DNA of 42,065 bases from Gemmatimonadales bacterium. Its GTDB lineage: Bacteria; Gemmatimonadota; Gemmatimonadetes; Gemmatimonadales; GWC2-71-9. Each line of letters starts with the position of its first letter. Within the stretch, counting starts at the first letter, position 1. This document shows positions 36,381 to 42,065 of this stretch, piece by piece. Made by a program: the position numbers and the translations under genes. The DNA is taken from assembly GCA_041577295.1 (NCBI GenBank), contig JBFGJG010000035.1:1-42065 (forward strand). Reading direction: 5' to 3'. The notes below the pieces were generated by a model that was given only the letters and a program-made list of their open reading frames with translations, was not told where the DNA came from and searched no databases.

Positions 36381-37359
36381 TTTCCACAATCACTTCTATC
36401 CGCCGTCGTACATCGAAGCGCTGCGATCGGACGACGGTCCAGTCACCGTCTCGCAGGATGCGGACGGCAACCCGGTGCTCCACTCACCCGGAGATGCCAA
36501 CATCGCTGTGCCGGGGCATAGAGATATCGAGTATCGGCAACGTGTGCTCGACGATGAGGGGGTGGACGTGCAAGTACTGACCTTCACCGCACCAGGCGTA
36601 CAGCTGCACCCGCCGGAACGGGCCGCAATATACGCTCGACTCGTGAACGACACGCTGGCAACCATCGTGCGCGCCAGAGGCGATCGTTTCACCGCACTCG
36701 GCACACTGCCTATGCAAGACCTGACGAGTGCTACAGACGAACTCGATCACGTGATGGACGATTTGGGTTTTCCAGGCGTCATGCTCTTCAGCAACGTGAA
36801 CGGTACGGCCTTGTGGGACGACTGCTTCACTCCGCTGTATGAGCGCGCGAACGAGCGAAAGGCGGTCGTGTACATCCATCCCACCTATCCCGTCGGCGTG
36901 GAGGCAATGACACAGTATTGGCTCATGCCGCTGGTGGGCTTCACGTTCGACACGACCTTGGCGGCCGCCGGCCTGGTTTTTCACGGCGTCCCACGACGTT
37001 TCCCCAACATCCGGTGGGTGCTCGCCCATCTCGGCGGTGCGATTCCTTATTTGGCGGAGCGTCTCGATCGAGGATTTCACGCGTTCGAGGAATGCCGGAA
37101 GAACATCGACCGGCCTCCAAGCGAGTACCTCAAGGAGTTTTACTACGACACCGTAAACTTCGACCGAACTGCTCTCGGAATGGCCATCGAGTTTGCCGGT
37201 GCCGATCACCTGCTAGCGGGTAGCGACTACCCGCACCAGATCGGCAGCTTGCGTTCGATGAAAGAGAGTATCTCGGCGCTGGACGTCACGGCTGAGGAAC
37301 GAGCGGGAATATTCGGGAAGAACGCAGCGCAGTTGCTTGGGATGTCAGACTCCGAGTAA
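36367..37359 (+). CDS. Amidohydro_2-family enzyme, ACMSD/decarboxylase-like
   Basis: IIDFHNH, YIHP, FDTTLAA, LAHLGGAIPYLAER, FYYDT, GSDYPH, GKNA; overlaps the permease stop. Confidence 0.88.
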   Translation: MRIIDFHNHFYPPSYIEALRSDDGPVTVSQDADGNPVLHSPGDANIAVPGHRDIEYRQRVLDDEGVDVQVLTFTAPGVQLHPPERAAIYARLVNDTLATIVRARGDRFTALGTLPMQDLTSATDELDHVMDDLGFPGVMLFSNVNGTALWDDCFTPLYERANERKAVVYIHPTYPVGVEAMTQYWLMPLVGFTFDTTLAAAGLVFHGVPRRFPNIRWVLAHLGGAIPYLAERLDRGFHAFEECRKNIDRPPSEYLKEFYYDTVNFDRTALGMAIEFAGADHLLAGSDYPHQIGSLRSMKESISALDVTAEERAGIFGKNAAQLLGMSDSE

Positions 37360-37381
37360 TCGGCGGCGTCAGCTGCCGCGC

Positions 37382-38188
37382 CTAAGGCACCTTTCGTAGA
37401 CCTTCGGCCGCGCGTGTCAGGTCCCGTACCCGGGACACGCTCACCGGGTTCGTCACGACTCCGTTCTCCTTGAAGGCCGTGCCCACGATGAGCCCATCGG
37501 CCAGCGGAGCGAGGTCGCTGATGCTTTCGAGCGAGACACCGCTTCCGACAAATACTGGTGCGGGTCCGGCAGCCTGCTTTACCTCCCGCAACGTGCTCAC
37601 CGCCGTGGGCTTCCCAGTGCCCGCTCCGGAGACGATGATCGCATCCGCTCTCCCACGGCTAACGGTGTCCTCCACCTCGTCCGGAAGCGAGCGATCGGAC
37701 AGCGCACTCGAGTGCTTCACCGCGACGTCGGCAAAGATCCGGACGGTTGACCCGAGCGCTCGCCGATAGCGCTGCAGCTGATGCGCTTCTCCCTCCACGA
37801 TTCCCTGATCGGTGAGCCGTGCTCCGGTGTAAACGTTCACCCGCACAAACGCGGCACCCACGGCAGTTGCGATGGCCAGCGCCGAGTATCCGTCGTTTCG
37901 CAGAACATTGATGCCAAGCGGAAGGTCCGTGGTGCTACGGACGCGCGCGGCGAGGAGCGTCATGGCGGCGACAGTCTCTGGCGGTACACGAGCCGGGTAA
38001 TAGGGTGCATCGCCAAAGTTCTCCACAATGAGCCCGTCGACGCCGCCGTCCACCAGCGCTTGCACGTCGCGCAGCACCCACGCTTCCAATGCCATCTGGT
38101 CCAGACAATGGCCCGGCGACCCGGGTAGCGGTGGAAGATGGACCAGACCGATGATGGGAAGTGACGTTACGAAGATGTCGATGGACAT
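37382..38188 (-). CDS. BtpA/SgcQ-family TIM-barrel protein
   Basis: IGLVHLPPLPGSP, VENFGDAP, GINVLRND, FVRVN, ADVAVKHS, VSGAGTG, IVGT; start ATG 38188. Confidence 0.92.
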   Translation of the reverse strand: MSIDIFVTSLPIIGLVHLPPLPGSPGHCLDQMALEAWVLRDVQALVDGGVDGLIVENFGDAPYYPARVPPETVAAMTLLAARVRSTTDLPLGINVLRNDGYSALAIATAVGAAFVRVNVYTGARLTDQGIVEGEAHQLQRYRRALGSTVRIFADVAVKHSSALSDRSLPDEVEDTVSRGRADAIIVSGAGTGKPTAVSTLREVKQAAGPAPVFVGSGVSLESISDLAPLADGLIVGTAFKENGVVTNPVSVSRVRDLTRAAEGLRKVP

Positions 38189-38195
38189 CGGGTGC

Positions 38196-39062
38196 TCAGG
38201 ACGTGGTGGCTGGCCTACGGCTCGCCCGTCCGTCCAGCAGCACACGCGTGAGCGCTGGCAATACCTCACCCACCCGCTCTTCGATCTTTAGTGCGGCATG
38301 CTCGTCACCACGGGTGGGACCCACGTTCAGAATCACCACGATCCGTCCGTCGCGTGCCGCTCGCTCGACAAACCGAAAGCCCGAGAACACTGCGAGTGAG
38401 GAACCCACGACGAGCAGCACCTCACCGTCCTCGTAAACGCTCCACGCATCCTGCACGCGGGGCTTGGGCACGTTCTCGCCGAAGAACACCACGTCGGGTT
38501 TGAGCATCCCGCCACAGCGAACGCACTCCGGTACCCGAAACGTGCGGATCCGCTCGTCGGCGACCTCGGCGTCACCGTCCGGCGCGAAGGGTACCTGTTC
38601 ATTGACAAAGGCTGGATTGAGTCCCAGCATGCGCTCTTGCAATGACGCCCGGGCCTCGATCGCGCCGCATGAGAGGCAGCGCACCCGCGCAAGCGAACCG
38701 TGGAGCTCCACGACGCGCCGGCTTCCCGCGCGGTGGTGCAGCCCGTCGACGTTTTGTGTGATGACCCCGGAAACGACGCCCTCCCTCTCCAGGGCGGCGA
38801 GCGCATCATGTGCGGGATTCGGCCGTGCGCCCGCGACCTTGGACCACCCCATGGTGCTGCGTGCCCAGTATCGTTGCCGGATGGATGGGTCGGAGACGAA
38901 GGCGCGGTACTGTACCAGCGAACGGCGCCGGTTGGCGTCGAGACCCCCGTAGTCGGGGATCCCGGATTCGGTCGAACAACCGGCGCCAGCGAGCACGGTT
39001 AGTCGGCGCCCCGTGATGAGCGTCGTCAGAGCGTCGAGGGATGGGACGGCGGCGTCGACCAC
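38196..39062 (-). CDS. cobB: Sir2-family NAD-dependent deacylase, class II (SIRT4-like)
   Basis: GAGCSTESGIPDY, RQRYWARS, ITQNVDGLH, ELHG, CxxC...CxxC, APDGDA, KPDVVFFGENV, VGSSL. Confidence 0.9.
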   Translation of the reverse strand: MVDAAVPSLDALTTLITGRRLTVLAGAGCSTESGIPDYGGLDANRRRSLVQYRAFVSDPSIRQRYWARSTMGWSKVAGARPNPAHDALAALEREGVVSGVITQNVDGLHHRAGSRRVVELHGSLARVRCLSCGAIEARASLQERMLGLNPAFVNEQVPFAPDGDAEVADERIRTFRVPECVRCGGMLKPDVVFFGENVPKPRVQDAWSVYEDGEVLLVVGSSLAVFSGFRFVERAARDGRIVVILNVGPTRGDEHAALKIEERVGEVLPALTRVLLDGRASRRPATTS

Positions 39063-39068
39063 GAACTC

Positions 39069-39599
39069 TTACGACGCCTTCTTGGACTTCCGTGCCTTCT
39101 TCTTTTGCTTGTCCCTTTTGGCGGAGGAGTCGATCTGCTCGTGGATCGTGCGGAGCTTCTCGAGCTTGAGCCGCCGACTGCCAACCGGCAGAAGCACCGT
39201 GGCTTCCTCGCCAACGGTGAGTTCCATGAGCGCCCGTCCCAGCGGGGAAGAAACCGAGATGTGGCCCGCGTCGATGTCCATCGCATCGGGGATCACGAGC
39301 TCGAAAACCTCGCGATCCTTGGTGTCGAGGTCGACGACGGTCACGATCGATCCGAGACCCACTCGGTCCCGCGGGATCTTGGTCGTATCGACGGAGGACA
39401 GTCGGGACAGCCGATCGCGAAGCTGGTTCAGCCTCGCCTGTACGAAGCCCTGCCGCTCGACCGCCGCCTGGTAATCGCCGTTTTCCCGCAGGTCCCCCAT
39501 CTCCCTGGCCCTCTCAAGGGTCTCGGGGAGGGTGACGTGCAGCTCGTGGTTGAGCTGCTCGATCTCCTTCTGCAGGCGCTCGCGGATTTCCTCTATCAT
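39069..39599 (-). CDS. greA: GreA/GreB-family transcription elongation factor with a basic C-terminal tail
   Basis: AREMGDLRENGDYQAA (catalytic D/E), VGLGSIVTV, ISVSSPLGRAL; AAGGAG RBS. Confidence 0.9.
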   Translation of the reverse strand: MIEEIRERLQKEIEQLNHELHVTLPETLERAREMGDLRENGDYQAAVERQGFVQARLNQLRDRLSRLSSVDTTKIPRDRVGLGSIVTVVDLDTKDREVFELVIPDAMDIDAGHISVSSPLGRALMELTVGEEATVLLPVGSRRLKLEKLRTIHEQIDSSAKRDKQKKKARKSKKAS

Positions 39600-39920
39600 A
39601 TACGGTACCGCTCCTTCGATTTCTCCGACGGCTCACCCGTCCCCTTTCGTCGAGGGGGGCAAAACCGGTTAACACGCGACAGGCCGTCGCGGTGCCATCC
39701 TCTCGCTTCGATGTGCGGGGTGGCGCGCAGCGCTCCGCCGGAGCTCCCTTTGGTGGGGCTACCTGTAAGATGTACCCTGAGCGGCATTTGCGCGAGTCTT
39801 AGGCCGAAAACGGGGTTCGGCCGGGGGGGTAGCGGGGCCTGGGCGCCGGTGGGACCATTGAGCTCGCGAAACCCGTCCGGCTTTCGCTGATTCCGCGCTA
39901 GGCTTGCAGGTGGATTGCTG

Positions 39921-41246
39921 CTAGTACTGATATCCCAGCTCGTCCAAAGCCGCCCCGATTTCCGGCGATGACATGAACAGGTCCCAGAGCAGCGCGGACC
40001 GGTGATTCTCGATCATGACCACGATGGGGCCCTGGTCGATGGCGAGGTACTTCTTCGGATACCAACTGTCGTGGATGCTGAAGGCATCATAGAAACCGAA
40101 CTCACCCCAGATCTGATCCCCCAGTTCGTAGTAGAAGTGTTCCAACGCCTGCATCGAGTATTCCGGGGTGTACGGGAACGATGACAGGGCGGCCGTAGGA
40201 GCGATCACTCCGAGATCGAGACCGGGACTGTGGGCCGCGTAGAAATCCAGCGAATAGCTCGCGGTGAGCCCCCAGCACCGGTCACTGTATCCGCGAAACT
40301 GCTTTGGGTTTTCGATCACGTACTGCCGGTTGATCAGGGTGTGGTTGGTATTGTGCTCCCAGTAATCGGCGTAGGGGCTCTTGAGATTTCTAGGGTCGAG
40401 GCCGAGAAACGAGTAGTGTGACCAAAAGAGCGGCCCAGTGGTCTCTTCGGCAGCGTTGTGTTTGAGTGCGATGGTGTAGCCGTACATCTCCTTGCCGTAC
40501 ACAATCTCGCCGTTCTGCGCCCAGCCTTCGTGGTAGACCTCAGGCGGCACACCGTGCGTCGGTGAAGCCGCCGCGAGTATGTACACAATCAACGTTTCGT
40601 TGAACCCATCGAAGGGAAACGAGAAGCCGTGATTGGGAGACCAATGCCAGTAGAGGTGGTTCTCCCCACCGTTCGTGAACCAATCCCACTCCACTTCCCG
40701 CCAGAGTGTGTCGATCGTTGCCGCAAGCGCACGTTCCTCTGAGCTGCCGTTGGCGAAGTACTGTCGGACGGTCAGCAAGCCCTGCATCAGGAACCCCGTC
40801 TCGACGATGTCCGCCCCGTCGTCACGTTCGCTGAAGGGTTTCACGGTGCCCGTCTTGCCGTTCAGCCAATGGGGCCAGGCACCGTGGAAGCGATCGGCCT
40901 GCTCGAGATACTCGACGATGTGACGGAGACGCTCGAACCCTTCTTGTCGCGTAATGAACCCTCGTTCGATGCCGACCAGGATGGCCATCACGCCAAAGCC
41001 CGAGCCGCCGGTGGTCACGACATCGAAGTCGTCCGGCACCTCACCCTCGAAATGGTAGCGTTCCCTTGCCATTCCTGACACGGGTTCCGCACCGTCCCAG
41101 AAGTATCTGAACGTTTGGCTCTGGACTAACGTGAGCAACGAATCCTGGGATATCCTGGTGCGTTCGTTCGCAGGCCCTTGTGGCGGCGATTGACTGGAGC
41201 AGCCTACCAGGAGGGCGGCGGTTAGGACGCAAAGGCATACTCTCAT
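39921..41246 (-). CDS. Glucoamylase-like/GH144 (beta-1,2-glucanase-like) lipoprotein
   Basis: Lipobox LLVGC; TFRYFW, SGMARER, TTGGSGFG, HGAWPHW, D.VET, LYWHWSP, PLFWSHYSFLGLDP, GFYDAF, AIDQGPI; start ATG 41246. Confidence 0.88.
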   Translation of the reverse strand: MRVCLCVLTAALLVGCSSQSPPQGPANERTRISQDSLLTLVQSQTFRYFWDGAEPVSGMARERYHFEGEVPDDFDVVTTGGSGFGVMAILVGIERGFITRQEGFERLRHIVEYLEQADRFHGAWPHWLNGKTGTVKPFSERDDGADIVETGFLMQGLLTVRQYFANGSSEERALAATIDTLWREVEWDWFTNGGENHLYWHWSPNHGFSFPFDGFNETLIVYILAAASPTHGVPPEVYHEGWAQNGEIVYGKEMYGYTIALKHNAAEETTGPLFWSHYSFLGLDPRNLKSPYADYWEHNTNHTLINRQYVIENPKQFRGYSDRCWGLTASYSLDFYAAHSPGLDLGVIAPTAALSSFPYTPEYSMQALEHFYYELGDQIWGEFGFYDAFSIHDSWYPKKYLAIDQGPIVVMIENHRSALLWDLFMSSPEIGAALDELGYQY

Positions 41247-41351
41247 CGGTAGCTCCGCGGAGCGTCGAGGTTTGGAAGGGGGGTGCCGAGTGACGTAGTG
41301 CACGATACCAAGGTATCCTACTGTAGGCCTTCTTCCACGAGGCTTCTCCTG

Positions 41352-41759
41352 GTGAAACCGACACCATCTTTTTTGAAGCACGCCACGCGGGGCGTCGGCC
41401 TTTCGGCCCTCCTCCTCTCGTGCGCAGGCTGCTCGGACCAGGCTCCGTCCGCTGGGGTGGTGGTCGACGTGAGCACCGGCACGAGCCCTGTTTTCAGCTG
41501 GACCCCGGCGCTCAACATCGCGAGCCTTACGGTGGCTCGTGCCGGCTCCGACGGCATCGTGTGGACGACGATCAGTTTGGGTCAGGCGAATGCGATCGCC
41601 CCTCCGGTAACCTATGGTATCGCGCCGCCCGGAGCGGCTCAGACCGCCAACAGGCTCGAGTTTCTCGTCGCGGGAACGGCCTACGAGGTTACTCTGCTCC
41701 GTGTCGACGATCCCGATAGCGCTCCGCTGCTGGTGGGATCGGCGACGTTCGTCCCATGA
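41352..41759 (+). CDS. Hypothetical lipoprotein
   Basis: Lipobox-like LLSCAGC; beta-rich body ending GSATFVP; start uncertain (GTG 41352 or 41283). Confidence 0.65.
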   Translation: MKPTPSFLKHATRGVGLSALLLSCAGCSDQAPSAGVVVDVSTGTSPVFSWTPALNIASLTVARAGSDGIVWTTISLGQANAIAPPVTYGIAPPGAAQTANRLEFLVAGTAYEVTLLRVDDPDSAPLLVGSATFVP

Positions 41760-42065
41760 ACCCAACCCTGAACGTGGCTCGCGCGCTGGCGGCCGCCACG
41801 CTTCTAGCCGCGCTGGGCTGTGCCGGCAACGTCGTCGATGCCGTCGATCAACCATCGAGCTCGGTCAACTCCCTTCCGACGGAGATCACCCTCCGATACG
41901 GAGAGGAACGAACGATCGACGGCGTCCTCCACGTGAGCTTCAACGAGGTCCTCGAAGACTCCCGCTGCCCCATAGATGTCACTTGCGTTTGGGCCGGAAA
42001 CGCGCGGGTGCAAATTGGGATGGCGATGGGCACGGGTCCCACCGTGCCCCTAGCGCTCAATACCA
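41756..42065 (+). CDS. Hypothetical lipoprotein with DSRCP..V.CVWAG motif, truncated by the window edge
   Basis: Manual translation from ATG 41756 (ATGA overlap): MNPTLNVARALAAATLLAALGC...EDSRCPIDVTCVWAGNARV; absent from the ORF track because it has no stop in the window. Confidence 0.82.
   Translation, partial: MNPTLNVARALAAATLLAALGCAGNVVDAVDQPSSSVNSLPTEITLRYGEERTIDGVLHVSFNEVLEDSRCPIDVTCVWAGNARVQIGMAMGTGPTVPLALNT

Noticed and set aside
39802..39887. Hairpins GGCCGAA/TTCGGCC and GCGAAA/TTTCGC downstream of the GH144 gene as a terminator or sRNA
   Set aside because: Short stems without a U tract in GC-rich DNA; not distinguishable from chance by eye
41247..41855. N-terminal 200-aa extension of the GH144 ORF shown in the ORF track
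   Set aside because: Arg-rich sequence that overlaps two plus-strand lipoprotein genes; the lipoprotein signal begins at ATG 41246

Overview
GC-rich bacterial chromosomal segment (roughly mid-60s % GC, estimated by eye). The gene repertoire resembles Gemmatimonadota, which is an inference. It holds about 30 densely packed genes, and I found no rRNA, tRNA, CRISPR array, transposase or phage genes. In order: a secreted hypothetical protein; fumC; a TPR lipoprotein; a TrbI/VirB10-like lipoprotein followed by a secreted 14-repeat ankyrin protein; and a translationally coupled pair of exported M42 peptidases in which one copy has lost its metal ligands. Next is a catabolic cluster (class V aminotransferase, TRAP transporter, crotonase, family III CoA-transferase, and a divergent FAD/Fe-S oxidoreductase), then an amidase, a beta-propeller amidohydrolase and a class III aminotransferase. 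After that come an ECF sigma/zf-HC2 anti-sigma/DUF4097 operon, an orphan PilB/GspE ATPase, exported M19/M28/amidohydrolase genes opposite an APC permease plus decarboxylase-like amidohydrolase, a greA-sirtuin-btpA operon, a GH144-like lipoprotein and two small lipoproteins. Three observations stand out. (1) The PilB/GspE ATPase has a ~550-aa tail made of a charge-free P/Q/Y/G prion-like block, 22 Asn-Gly repeats and 12 xRR repeats, suggesting a condensate-forming, possibly c-di-GMP-responsive motor. (2) The motif TTCAAACCA-N15-C[AG]TC[AC]TATCC occurs upstream of both the sigma gene and an uncharacterised secreted-protein gene, defining a candidate mini-regulon. (3) The M42 genes form an enzyme/pseudoenzyme pair. 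All family assignments come from motif recognition, not database searches.
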